Of a stretch of 64,000 nt of DNA, positions 19,391 to 28,813 are shown in pieces; the stretch's first letter is position 1; each line of letters starts with the position of its first letter. The stretch covers positions 115 to 64,114 of the forward strand of contig JAZJZC010000003.1 in NCBI GenBank assembly GCA_040390045.1, written 5' to 3'. Source of the DNA: Patescibacteria group bacterium (GTDB taxonomy: Bacteria > Patescibacteriota > Minisyncoccia > Phycocordibacterales > SIBU01). The translations under genes and the position numbers were made by a program. The notes beneath the pieces are model-generated. The model was not told the origin of the DNA and made no database searches. It worked only from the letters and a program-made list of their open reading frames with translations.

Positions 19391-19424
19391 CGTTTTGTTC
19401 TCACATAAGAATGTGAACAAAACG
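19391..19424. promoter_or_regulatory. Near-perfect 16-bp-arm palindrome upstream of the 827-aa secreted protein gene (operator or attenuator/terminator hairpin)
   Basis: CGTTTTGTTCTCACAT aaga ATGTGAACAAAACG. Confidence 0.4.
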
Positions 19425-19437
19425 GGAGCATTTCAAT

Positions 19438-21921
19438 ATGAAAAGTTTTAAAAACACCACGCTCTCAATCCTCATCGTTTCGCTCATCGCGGGACCGACG
19501 CTCTTTTCGTTTCCGACTCAGGCAAAAGCAGGGGTGACAGACTGTATCGCTGGAATGTTGCTCAGCAAAACTAAAAGTACAGGAACCACAGTGGCGGCAA
19601 CCGCGGTAGGTACCGGCGCCATGACCAGCGCAAGCGGCGTAGCAACCGCCAACAAAATTACCTCAGTTCCAACGAGTGACGCTGGGGTAGCGGCCATGAT
19701 TCAAGGCCAAACCACCGCCATCACGTCACTCGTCAAGGCTGATGCAACGATAAATTCTGGAACTAACAGCCAAACCACAGGCTTGAGCATCAAGCGCTGT
19801 ATTATTGAACCGATCGTCACTATCATGGCGAGAACCCTTCTCACCAAATTTACCGCTCAAACAGTTAATTGGATCAATGGTGGTTTCCAAGGCAGTCCAC
19901 AATACGTCACCAACATTCAGGGTTTTATGTCTGATGTTGCCGATCAAGCAATCGGTAGCTACATACGAGGACTTGGCCCCATCGGGGCAATTCTCTGCGG
20001 ACCGTTTGACTTACAAGTGCGACTTTCACTCAATTTACAATATTCTAAAGGACCGAATCTTCGAGAGATCGGTTGTCGACTCTCAGATATCCAAAAAAAT
20101 GTTCAGAACGCTTTCACCAAGGGAGTTTTCGGAAAAAATGGTTGGGATAACTGGCTTCAAATTACTCAGACCCCGCAAAATAATCCTTACGGCGCATATC
20201 TCAAGGGTGTGGAGTCAATCGACGCTAAGATTGCCGGTCAGCAATTTGCCCTGAAAACCCAACTTGATTTTGGCAGAGGTTTTCTTTCTTCGGTTGATCC
20301 AGCAACTGGAAAAATCACAACGCCCGGTTCGATCATCGAGGGTCAGCTAAACGCAACACTCATCCAACCGCTCCAAAATATTGGGTTGGCTAAAGATATC
20401 GACGCTATTTTAAATGCACTAGTTGGACAAATGATCAGTCAGGTTATGGGTGGCATTGGGGGACTGGCCGGCGCAAGCGACTCTCGCTCCGCTTCTGGTG
20501 GATATTCGTCAGCAGTTGATCTTGGTCTAAAACAGACTCCGGCCACTGTTTCTAATGCAAATAATCAGGCTCAAAGTCTTCAAGTTGGTTTGTACATGAA
20601 TACAATTGGTGGAGGAAGAACTGCCGCCACAACAGCCTGTCCAACAAAAACAAGTGATTGTCCTACCGTTACGGGCGGTCCGACACCAACAGAGTTTTGT
20701 ACGCAATTTAAGGCAAACGTCTACGGCACAAAACCAAACGACGCAAGAGTGTGGGTAAAAGTGAACGGTACAGGTGGCGACCAATTGACTTCAAAAACTT
20801 CTGCTACTGGTGACGTACCATGGACTCTTGCTGATTACCGAGCGACGGCCAACTTCTGCCAATTCGTCGATATTACTACGCCGATCGGCGGAGAGGTTGA
20901 TAAATTTGTTGATCAAATAACTCCAAAAGGTGAGGTTACCGCTCCTGTTATCACTCCAGCAAAACCACCGGCAAATAATAATGCCAACCGAGAAATTTCT
21001 CTCTACACCGCGAAACTTAATCAGTCCTTCGTCTATCGTTCCGACGAAGGAATATTGTATGGGCCACAAAACGTCTTCGGCCAAATTGGCGCACTCACAT
21101 ACGGTGGCCCCGCGCCGCATTGGTGGACCGCTTCCTTAAATCAAACTGAGAAGATAGAAACCATTACCGTTAAGTCGATAGTAGACGGACGAACTACTGG
21201 TGCCCACACAATTAGATTCTCCTTACTCCCAGACAGTCAGTCGGGCGTAGCTGTTTCACTAAATCAAGTAAACGCTGGTCAAAACGTCTTCGAGTTTACA
21301 ATTCCATCAAACCCTTCTTTTGGTTCGTACTCTATTAGGATCGGCGGGGTCGAAGTAGCAACTCTTTCTGGAACCAACAATGATTTCACCATCACTTTCA
21401 AAAATCCGATTTCCGCAAATGCCTTGGCAATATCAAGACCAACCTTCCTCTGGCTGTCCCAAGTTACGCTATCGCGCCCACAATCGGCTACTGTTTCTTT
21501 CGATAATGCAATTTCAGATATGGTCCTGCTAAGCAAATCTCAGCCGACAAATATCAGTGTTGGTTTCTCTTCTCGTCTCGACAAAACGATTACTATCAAA
21601 ACCTCGCTTCAAAAATATTTCAACGGGTCATATGTGGGCGAAGCCTTCGCCGGCGGATCAGTCTTTGAAAGTTTCTCTGCTGACATTCAACAGCCGGCGA
21701 GTGGATTGGCAAAGGGTCCTTTTAACGCTTCCGCCATGGAAAGTGGTCAATCTGTAAATATTACTGCGGACAATGGGGCCTTTATAAATTACAGCATAAA
21801 ACCGCCGACGCTCAGTGCTTGTGACGACTCGAGCTTACCGCAATACCGATTGATTACGACTATAAGTGCCGATGAAACCTGGACACAAGTAACGCCGCTT
21901 AATATAAAGTGTAGCGAGTAG
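19438..21921 (+). CDS. Large secreted protein of unknown function (T4SS-like cluster)
   Basis: Signal peptide MKSFKNTTLSILIVSLIAGPTLFSFPTQAKA; 827 aa, Thr/Ser/Gly-rich surface-protein-like. Confidence 0.55.
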   Translation: MKSFKNTTLSILIVSLIAGPTLFSFPTQAKAGVTDCIAGMLLSKTKSTGTTVAATAVGTGAMTSASGVATANKITSVPTSDAGVAAMIQGQTTAITSLVKADATINSGTNSQTTGLSIKRCIIEPIVTIMARTLLTKFTAQTVNWINGGFQGSPQYVTNIQGFMSDVADQAIGSYIRGLGPIGAILCGPFDLQVRLSLNLQYSKGPNLREIGCRLSDIQKNVQNAFTKGVFGKNGWDNWLQITQTPQNNPYGAYLKGVESIDAKIAGQQFALKTQLDFGRGFLSSVDPATGKITTPGSIIEGQLNATLIQPLQNIGLAKDIDAILNALVGQMISQVMGGIGGLAGASDSRSASGGYSSAVDLGLKQTPATVSNANNQAQSLQVGLYMNTIGGGRTAATTACPTKTSDCPTVTGGPTPTEFCTQFKANVYGTKPNDARVWVKVNGTGGDQLTSKTSATGDVPWTLADYRATANFCQFVDITTPIGGEVDKFVDQITPKGEVTAPVITPAKPPANNNANREISLYTAKLNQSFVYRSDEGILYGPQNVFGQIGALTYGGPAPHWWTASLNQTEKIETITVKSIVDGRTTGAHTIRFSLLPDSQSGVAVSLNQVNAGQNVFEFTIPSNPSFGSYSIRIGGVEVATLSGTNNDFTITFKNPISANALAISRPTFLWLSQVTLSRPQSATVSFDNAISDMVLLSKSQPTNISVGFSSRLDKTITIKTSLQKYFNGSYVGEAFAGGSVFESFSADIQQPASGLAKGPFNASAMESGQSVNITADNGAFINYSIKPPTLSACDDSSLPQYRLITTISADETWTQVTPLNIKCSE

Positions 21922-21936
21922 TTTGGTCACAAAAGC

Positions 21937-24900
21937 ATGCGGAAATTTTTACTTTCATTTTTCATAGTCACCCTCACACTCTACGCGTCGTTTTCACCGA
22001 TGGGGAGTTCAAGGGTGTTTGGCCAACTCATCGATATTCCTCTTGATACTGGGGGAGATACAGGTGGCCTAACTTCACCAAATCTTCCAACTCTTCCAGA
22101 TTTTCAACCAGGAGATGGCGTGCGCGCCGACAGCGGAACCAGTCAGGGGGCTGTTGCCGCGGGATCAAACACCGTGGGAGGTGCAAATAATTCTCAATCT
22201 ACACCAGCGGTTATGCAGTTCGCGAGCTGTTTTGTTTTTGCCGCAACAGCTGGATTAGCTGGAGGTTTACACCTAGAAAATTGCGCCGCCAGTGTTATGT
22301 ATATCATCATGTGGATTTTCTCCTGGATACTCTGGTTGTCTGGAAAAATTTTGGACATGTCGGTCTATTACACCATCAACCTTGCTGATCTGTTAAACCA
22401 TGTTCCTGTGGTTGATATTGGGTGGAGAATTTTCCGCGATCTCGCCAACATTTTCTTCATATTTATTCTCTTGTGGGTAGCAATCGGTACGATTCTTGGA
22501 CTGATCTCGGGAAAAACCAAGGAAATTATTGTGCACCTCGTCATCGTGGCGCTTTTAATGAACTTCAGTCTTTTTATAACAAAAACTGTCATTGATGCTT
22601 CAAACATCGTCGCGATTCATTTCTACAACCTCATCGTTACTGGCACTTCCACGGGTACACCTCCAACCACAAGTCTTTCTGGAGCTTTTATGGAAGGCTT
22701 GAAAATTCAAACTCTCTTCCAACCTCAAACTCCTGGAGGGCAGGCGGGAGGAATTGCTGGTTTAGCGGCAGACTATAGTGGTGGAATAATAGACGCCTTT
22801 AAAGTCATCCTCATTGGCGGTTTTGGAATTGCGGTCATGATGATTGCCTCGTACATCTTTTTTGTGGCAGCAATCTTATTTATCGTCCGTCTGATCAATT
22901 TAATGATGGTTATGATTCTCTCACCGTTGGCTTTCCTGGCTTTCGTCCTACCTTCAACGGAAAAATATGCTGACCAGTGGAAAGAGAAATTGATTGGCCA
23001 GTCAATTTTCGCGCCGATTTACCTCGCGATAACCTATGTAGTAATAAAAACTATTCAATCTCCGGCATTTACAAGTGTGGTCTCGGTCAACAATAGAGAC
23101 ACTGGAGCGTCAGTTATGTCAGCTTCTGCTCTTATATTTTATGGCGCATCTGATACCGGTTCCGCTGCCGGCTTCGCCTTTGTCTTTAACTTCATTCTAC
23201 TCATTGGACTCATGCTTGGTTCGATTCTCGTCGCCAAAAAAATGGAAGCGGGTGGAATCGAATTTGCTGTTGAGGCTGGAAAAACAGCGGGAGGGTTTAT
23301 CGGAAGAAGTGTGGCGAGAGGGAAGTATATTACCGCAGTTTCGTCAACCTATTCTGGGGCCGTGGGCGGTATTGGGGGTAGAGTAGCGAATGTTTTAGGT
23401 TTCAAGGACACAGCAAAATCTTTACGAGAACATGCGGCAAAAGTATCCGCTAAGGGCGATTTTGCTCAAAAGAAAATGGATATGAACGAGTGGGATAGAA
23501 AATTTGGAAGGAGCGCTTTTGGTACAACCGAACTGGGAAGTTTTATTAGGGAGAAAACAACTGGCGGCGCCTTATTCGGAACTAAAGCCAAATTTGGTGG
23601 CGAAAAATCAGTAGGCGAGTCCTATGAGGAGAGCGAACATTTGCGTGATGAAGCACAAGATGTGGAACGTGCAAACGACGTCAAGAGAGCCGCTCTTGTG
23701 CTACAAAGTGAAATAAAAAACCCGAAGGCAACAAAAACAAAGGGTGAGCTGTTAGCAAAAGATGCGTCTGGTAAATTTCTTTTCAGGCCAGCCGTTCTTC
23801 CAGACAAACCTGACGGAAAGGGGGGCCTGAGAGAAATGACAGAAGATGAGTGGGTAGCAGATCTGCAAAAAAAGGAAAGGGATGAGAATAAAAAAATACT
23901 GCTCGATGCGGTTCAATCAGCCGTAACACGGCTTCCCTCCACAGGTCTTGTCCATCTCCAAGAAGAAGTCATAAAAACTGTTCTACCTTATTCGACAGAA
24001 AGACAGGTTGACGAACTAATAAAATCTACTGATGGCGGTTGGACAAAAGAAGACAAGGATGAATTTCTTGAAATCTATTTTAATCAACTGAAAGAAGATG
24101 GTGAAAAAGCTTCTGATGAACTCGAAGCGTTTGATCAAAAATTAGCTGCCTACGAGCAAGAAGTTCGAGAAGGTAAATTTGCAATTGATTCTGCCACAGG
24201 AAAAGTAATTACAGACAACAAGGGAAGGGTTATCGCCAAAGGAACCACTCTAGATGCAGACGGAAATGCTTCTGGGGATACTTTTGAAATTCCGGAATAT
24301 AAACAAACCGATGCGTTCCGCGCTGTGTATGCAAAAACTCGTCGATACATGTCAGATAAGGGATTTGAACTCCTAAATATCGTCAACTTTAGCTCTCATC
24401 TTTCGCAAAGTACCAAGGACCGACTCAAAAGAGAGGGAAAAAACGAAAAGGAGGGAAATCTTCTCCGTGCTGTACCTGCTATTGGTAAAATTATGAAATG
24501 GGGCACCGTCCAGAATATACGCGACCCCAACAAAACTTCGGGATTTACAGACCAATTCCGTGTTGATATTCGGTCTATAAAAGATGCTGATTGGGTTAAA
24601 TTACTCACTGTATTACGTGAACAAAAAGATCCTATCACCGGAGAATTTATGTACCGCAATACGGATGACGAGCGCGCCGAAGCGTTGCGAACAGGCAATT
24701 TTGAACTTACCGTTAAAGATAATTTGTGGGAAGCTCGAGCCCGAGACTTTTTGGCCGGGAGAGCGGCTGTTGAATCGGCAAACACCCCTGGAGGATTGCG
24801 TAAATTGTACGAAAATATTCGTCTTATGGGAGCCGAGGTTCTTAGAGAAACAGCTAAAAAGGATCCTGTGGATGTAAAAATCCTTTTGGAGGGAGCCTTT

Positions 24901-25185
24901 CAAGCTCTAAAAGAGAATGAGGAAGGAGAGAGAATGATGACGGTTGAGACTCAACAGCTCATCAGGAAACTAATTCAAACTAAGGAAGGATGGGATATTG
25001 GACAGAAAATGGAAAATGCTGAATTCCAGCGAATGAGAGAGAGGTTGGAAAAGGCTTTCCGAGCGGATAGTAAAAATGTGGTTGAATTCACTGATTGGAC
25101 AGATCCTGCACAACGTGCAGCGGCTATTGCTGAAGGATTAGAGGGTAGATTTAATAGGATGGGATTACCAAAAGCTACACCATAA
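21937..25185 (+). CDS. VirB6/TrbL-like polytopic membrane protein with ~600-aa cytoplasmic/coiled-coil C-terminal extension
   Basis: ~8 hydrophobic helices in the first ~480 aa (e.g. IFFIFILLWVAIGTILGLI, GIAVMMIASYIFFVAAILFIVRLINLMMVMILSPLAFLAF), then a charged region rich in K/E/D. Confidence 0.5.
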   Translation: MRKFLLSFFIVTLTLYASFSPMGSSRVFGQLIDIPLDTGGDTGGLTSPNLPTLPDFQPGDGVRADSGTSQGAVAAGSNTVGGANNSQSTPAVMQFASCFVFAATAGLAGGLHLENCAASVMYIIMWIFSWILWLSGKILDMSVYYTINLADLLNHVPVVDIGWRIFRDLANIFFIFILLWVAIGTILGLISGKTKEIIVHLVIVALLMNFSLFITKTVIDASNIVAIHFYNLIVTGTSTGTPPTTSLSGAFMEGLKIQTLFQPQTPGGQAGGIAGLAADYSGGIIDAFKVILIGGFGIAVMMIASYIFFVAAILFIVRLINLMMVMILSPLAFLAFVLPSTEKYADQWKEKLIGQSIFAPIYLAITYVVIKTIQSPAFTSVVSVNNRDTGASVMSASALIFYGASDTGSAAGFAFVFNFILLIGLMLGSILVAKKMEAGGIEFAVEAGKTAGGFIGRSVARGKYITAVSSTYSGAVGGIGGRVANVLGFKDTAKSLREHAAKVSAKGDFAQKKMDMNEWDRKFGRSAFGTTELGSFIREKTTGGALFGTKAKFGGEKSVGESYEESEHLRDEAQDVERANDVKRAALVLQSEIKNPKATKTKGELLAKDASGKFLFRPAVLPDKPDGKGGLREMTEDEWVADLQKKERDENKKILLDAVQSAVTRLPSTGLVHLQEEVIKTVLPYSTERQVDELIKSTDGGWTKEDKDEFLEIYFNQLKEDGEKASDELEAFDQKLAAYEQEVREGKFAIDSATGKVITDNKGRVIAKGTTLDADGNASGDTFEIPEYKQTDAFRAVYAKTRRYMSDKGFELLNIVNFSSHLSQSTKDRLKREGKNEKEGNLLRAVPAIGKIMKWGTVQNIRDPNKTSGFTDQFRVDIRSIKDADWVKLLTVLREQKDPITGEFMYRNTDDERAEALRTGNFELTVKDNLWEARARDFLAGRAAVESANTPGGLRKLYENIRLMGAEVLRETAKKDPVDVKILLEGAFQALKENEEGERMMTVETQQLIRKLIQTKEGWDIGQKMENAEFQRMRERLEKAFRADSKNVVEFTDWTDPAQRAAAIAEGLEGRFNRMGLPKATP

Positions 25186-25237
25186 CCTAGTGAGTAGTTA
25201 AATTTCTAAGAGCAGAGACAAAGAAAATTACAACACC

Positions 25238-26812
25238 ATGAGTTACATAGACCAAGAACAAAAATTAGAAAAAATCTTGAGTAAATTACCTCAAGCAACT
25301 CAAGAACTGTTTAAAGATTATTCTATACTTTTTATTATTGGTGATACCGGGGACGGTTTTAATTTAACCATGGGAGAAATTGGTGAGGTATGTGAACTGG
25401 TTCGCCAAGTGATCACAAAAGAAAGACCGGTGGAAAAATTTGAGGAAGGGTTGAAAGAAAAATTGGCGGATGATGAGGATAACCTAGCAAAAGCGGGGGA
25501 AATTGTAGCAACTATCAACGAGAAAATTTTTGTGAAGCTCTTGCCGGCGTTGGGATTGAAAGCCTTGCCGATTCTCATGACTCCTGCTGTTGCTAAAAAT
25601 TTACCTGACGTAAACGTTTCATTTGAAGAAGGAAAGAGTAAAGAAGATGAAGAGTCTGCGGTCGCACAACCTTTAGGATCTTCACAACAATCGATCGATT
25701 CTCAACTACCGACTCCGCCTCGTACGGTCATGTTAAATAAAATGCCTCAGACTCAAGCGCCAACTGCTCCAAAACCAAACCGCTTCCCAAACCTAAAATC
25801 AGTAGCACCCGTACTTAACCTCAAACCTTTCTCAGGAGCTCCTTCTCCCGGACTTTCGAAATTTTCGAGTGCTCCAAGTGGATCAGTCGGGGCTTCTGCG
25901 AACACTTCGGCCGCACCGATAAAACCTCGCACGCCACTTATGGAAACACCGACCGAAATGATGTCGGAAAATCAAACCGAATCATTCTTGAAAATGCTCG
26001 CCGGTAAATTGGATGAAAAAGATTTGCAATCAAGATTTGATAAACTGCCATTCGCACTTAAAACCGCGCTCCGCTCGATGGACTCGGCTAAAAAAGTGCT
26101 CGACATTGGCATAAAATACGGCCTTCATGTCGACAAACTCGGAGTGGTAGCCGAAGAAACCGGCTTGGTAATTCTTGGTATGACGCACCCCAATCAATTT
26201 CTTCCTCGACTCAACCGCCGTCTCGGCATTGGCGAAGAAAAAACTCGACCTATCGCTCAAGAAATCAACACTGAAATTTTCCTGAAAATTCGCGAGGCGT
26301 TAAAGCAAGTGAACGGGGAAGAGCCTTCGTATGCAAACCTCGCACAATCTGCCGTAGCGACAAAATCAATTGCACCAGCGACCGAACCAGAACCTCATCC
26401 GTACAACCCGATTGACTTAGCCCAAACAAGTGAAGCTCAGACTGAAAATATCGCTGTTCAACAAGAGGGCGGCGAAATCCTTGATCGTGAAAAAATCCTT
26501 AGAGAAATCGAAAATCCTTCGACAGTAAAAATGACGCCTGTCTCAGTGCCAGTACCAAAAGTTGAGAGCAGACCAGTAGAAATTAAACCTCAAATACCCG
26601 CGCCAATTGTTCCACCTCCAGCACCGCCCGCGCAACCACCGCGCCAGGAATTTCAATTTGAACCTCCAGCACCAAAACCTCAAGAAACCCCTAAGCCTAT
26701 CGTGACCTCTCCAACATCAAACATCGTTGACCAGAAACTTTCTGATGTCACCGCGGCAAAGAAAACAGGAAGTTCTTATTCTGCAGATCCGTACAGAGAA
26801 CCCTTGCAGTAG
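25238..26812 (+). CDS. Hypothetical cytoplasmic protein with internally duplicated ~90-aa domain and Pro-rich linkers
   Basis: Two similar segments (…IGDTGDGFNLTMGEIGEV… / …DIGIKYGLHVDKLGVVAEE…) and a PxxP-rich tail. Confidence 0.5.
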   Translation: MSYIDQEQKLEKILSKLPQATQELFKDYSILFIIGDTGDGFNLTMGEIGEVCELVRQVITKERPVEKFEEGLKEKLADDEDNLAKAGEIVATINEKIFVKLLPALGLKALPILMTPAVAKNLPDVNVSFEEGKSKEDEESAVAQPLGSSQQSIDSQLPTPPRTVMLNKMPQTQAPTAPKPNRFPNLKSVAPVLNLKPFSGAPSPGLSKFSSAPSGSVGASANTSAAPIKPRTPLMETPTEMMSENQTESFLKMLAGKLDEKDLQSRFDKLPFALKTALRSMDSAKKVLDIGIKYGLHVDKLGVVAEETGLVILGMTHPNQFLPRLNRRLGIGEEKTRPIAQEINTEIFLKIREALKQVNGEEPSYANLAQSAVATKSIAPATEPEPHPYNPIDLAQTSEAQTENIAVQQEGGEILDREKILREIENPSTVKMTPVSVPVPKVESRPVEIKPQIPAPIVPPPAPPAQPPRQEFQFEPPAPKPQETPKPIVTSPTSNIVDQKLSDVTAAKKTGSSYSADPYREPLQ

Positions 26813-27213
26813 GGGATAGGGGGTAGGGTTTAGGGTATAATTAAACCAATGACATTAAGTTCATTCAAAGAATTAATTGTTTGGCAAAAAGGTATTGAGC
26901 TTGTTAAAGAGATCTACAAGTTAACGGAAAGCTTTCCGAAAACTGAAACATACGGGCTGACTAGTCAGATGAGAAGGTCCGCGGTTTCAATCCCTTCCAA
27001 CATTGCTGAAGGTTATAAACGAAAAAACGTGAAGGAGTACATACAATTTTTGAGCATAGCTGATGGTTCAGCGGCCGAGCTTGAAACACAGCTAATAATT
27101 TCAAAGTCAATTTACAAAACTAATTTTTCAATAGCTGAAAATTTGTTAGAAGAAATACAGAAAATGCTCATAACGATGATTCGCAAACTAAACCCTAAAC
27201 CCTAAACCCTTCT
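26813..27213. mobile_element. ~400-bp TIR-bounded mini-element carrying a four-helix-bundle (rRNA-IVS-type) protein gene
   Basis: 5' TIR GGGATAGGGGGTAGGGTTTAGGGTATAATTAAACC; 3' TIR ACTAAACCCTAAACCCTAAACCCT (reverse-complementary GGGTTTAGGG repeats); the 3' TIR encodes the protein C-terminus LNPKP*. Confidence 0.6.
26849..27205 (+). CDS. Four-helix-bundle protein (23S rRNA intervening-sequence protein family)
   Basis: LTSQMRRSAVSIPSNIAEGYKRKNVKEYIQFLSIADGSAAELETQL matches the family signature. Confidence 0.8.
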   Translation: MTLSSFKELIVWQKGIELVKEIYKLTESFPKTETYGLTSQMRRSAVSIPSNIAEGYKRKNVKEYIQFLSIADGSAAELETQLIISKSIYKTNFSIAENLLEEIQKMLITMIRKLNPKP

Positions 27214-27215
27214 TT

Positions 27216-27641
27216 ATGAGATTCCAAGTTCCACAATTCATTGAAGTTGAAGATAAAATTTTTGGTCCCTTGACCATCAAACAATTTATCTACCTGGCTG
27301 GAGGTGGGGGATTGTGTTTTATTTTCTATTCATACTTCAAACTCTATATCGCCATACCACTCATGATACCGGTGATAGCCTTTTCTGTAGCCTTAGCGAT
27401 GTACAAAGTCAACAATCGCTCTTTTATACTCATCCTTGAGTCAGCTTTCAAATATATGGTCACCAACAAACTATACATCTGGAAAAAAACCGACAGAAAA
27501 CCGACACACAAAACTGAAACTGCACCCGACACACTTTTGTATGTACCCAAACTTTCCGACAGTAAACTGAAAGACTTAACGTGGAGTCTTGATATTAACG
27601 AAAATACCTCGCTCGGTGCCAAAGAGAGTATGGAGCGTTAG
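27216..27641 (+). CDS. Small 2-TM membrane protein, PrgI/VirB3-like candidate
   Basis: 141 aa, two adjacent hydrophobic helices (LCFIFYSYFKLYIAIPLMIPVIAFSVALAMY) directly upstream of the virB4 genes, as in Gram-positive T4SS. Confidence 0.4.
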   Translation: MRFQVPQFIEVEDKIFGPLTIKQFIYLAGGGGLCFIFYSYFKLYIAIPLMIPVIAFSVALAMYKVNNRSFILILESAFKYMVTNKLYIWKKTDRKPTHKTETAPDTLLYVPKLSDSKLKDLTWSLDINENTSLGAKESMER

Positions 27642-27643
27642 TC

Positions 27644-28157
27644 GATACGAAAATACGAAATGGAAACGAATATACGAAAAAATACGAAAACAACCTCACC
27701 AAGTGTATTGTATCCGGAATTATCGTATGATTTGGTTGGTATTTTTTTTGATGTACACAAAGAACTCGGTTTGTACGGGAGAGAAAAACAATATGCTGAT
27801 GCAATCGAGCTAAAACTCAAGCTTCGAAACATTCCTTATGAAAGGGAACTGGCGATTTCTGATAGTGGCAACATACTTGATTTTCTAGTTGATAGAAAAA
27901 TAATATTGGAATTAAAATCTAAGCGGATGTTAACTCCAGATGATTTTCGCCAAACCCAACACTACTTGCAAGAAACACAAATGCGCTTGGGTTTATTAGT
28001 CAACTTCAGAGAAAAAAATATTAAGCCTGTCCGTATTGTTCGCATAGATACCGTAAAAAAGTTACAATATAAGAACGAGAAGGAAAGTCAGTAAGATTGC
28101 GCAAAAAGTTTTTGTATAATTTCGTATATTGGCATTAATAATTCGTATTTTCGTATG
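27644..28157. mobile_element. ~515-bp TIR-bounded mini-element carrying a GxxExxY (PD-(D/E)xK-like) gene, inserted between the prgI-like and virB4 genes
   Basis: 5' TIR GATACGAAAATACGAAA (27644-27660) / 3' TIR AATTCGTATTTTCGTAT (28141-28156); internal TACGAAA direct repeats; the 3' TIR overlaps the ATG of the downstream gene. Confidence 0.6.
27660..28094 (+). CDS. GxxExxY family protein (PD-(D/E)xK nuclease-like)
   Basis: VGIFFDVHKELGLYGREKQYADAIELKLKLRNIPYERE…DFLVDRKIILELKS…LGLLVNF matches the family pattern; the N-terminus is encoded by the repeat. Confidence 0.65.
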   Translation: METNIRKNTKTTSPSVLYPELSYDLVGIFFDVHKELGLYGREKQYADAIELKLKLRNIPYERELAISDSGNILDFLVDRKIILELKSKRMLTPDDFRQTQHYLQETQMRLGLLVNFREKNIKPVRIVRIDTVKKLQYKNEKESQ

Positions 28158-28805
28158 GCATCTTCCTCAACCAAAGCAACCCAAGATTTTGTTCCTATAA
28201 AAGAAGTGCGTGATGGCATCGTCGTTCTAAAAGACGGCTCTTTCAGAGCAATTCTTATGACGTCCTCCTTAAACTTTGCCTTGAAGTCAGAAGACAATCA
28301 AAATGCCATTATTTTGCAGTTCCAAAACTTTTTAAACTCGCTTGATTTTTCAATTCAACTTTTTATTGAATCGAGGAAACTCGACATCAGACCATACATC
28401 GCCCTTTTGGAAGATCGCTATAAAAATCAAACTGCTGACTTGATGAAAATTCAAACCCGCGAATATATTGAGTTCATTAAAACCTTTACAGAAAACACGA
28501 GCATCATGACCAAAACCTTTTTTGTGGTTGTCCCATTTGCCGCCGCACCCTTGCAAATGAAAAAAGGAGTAATGGATTTTGCCGGAAAACTGCTCACTCG
28601 CAAGCAAGCTGAAGAAAAAATTCAACAAAAACAGGACAACTTTGAAGAAAGCCGAAGCCAGCTGCTTCAAAGAATTTCAGTGGTGGAGCAGGGACTGATG
28701 CGTTGCGGTATCAGAGCAGTAGAACTGGGAACTGAGGAGGTGGTTGAGTTGTATTACAAAATTTTTAATCCGGGAGATACCGACAAACCAATCCAAATCA
28801 ATTAA
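28155..28805 (+). CDS. VirB4/TrbE N-terminal (CagE_TrbE_VirB-like) domain protein, a separate ORF from the ATPase
   Basis: PIKEVRDGIVVLKDGSFRAILMTSSLNFALKSEDNQNAIILQFQNFLNSLDFSIQLFIESRK resembles N-termini of Gram-positive VirB4 (PrgJ/TcpF-type); recalled similarity, no search run. Confidence 0.55.
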   Translation: MASSSTKATQDFVPIKEVRDGIVVLKDGSFRAILMTSSLNFALKSEDNQNAIILQFQNFLNSLDFSIQLFIESRKLDIRPYIALLEDRYKNQTADLMKIQTREYIEFIKTFTENTSIMTKTFFVVVPFAAAPLQMKKGVMDFAGKLLTRKQAEEKIQQKQDNFEESRSQLLQRISVVEQGLMRCGIRAVELGTEEVVELYYKIFNPGDTDKPIQIN

Positions 28806-28813
28806 TAAATACC

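Noticed and set aside
26826-27213. Plant-telomere-like TTTAGGG/CCCTAAA tandem repeats
   Set aside because: They are the terminal inverted repeats of a small bacterial element (and of the polA insert). The telomere resemblance is coincidental in a bacterial genome.
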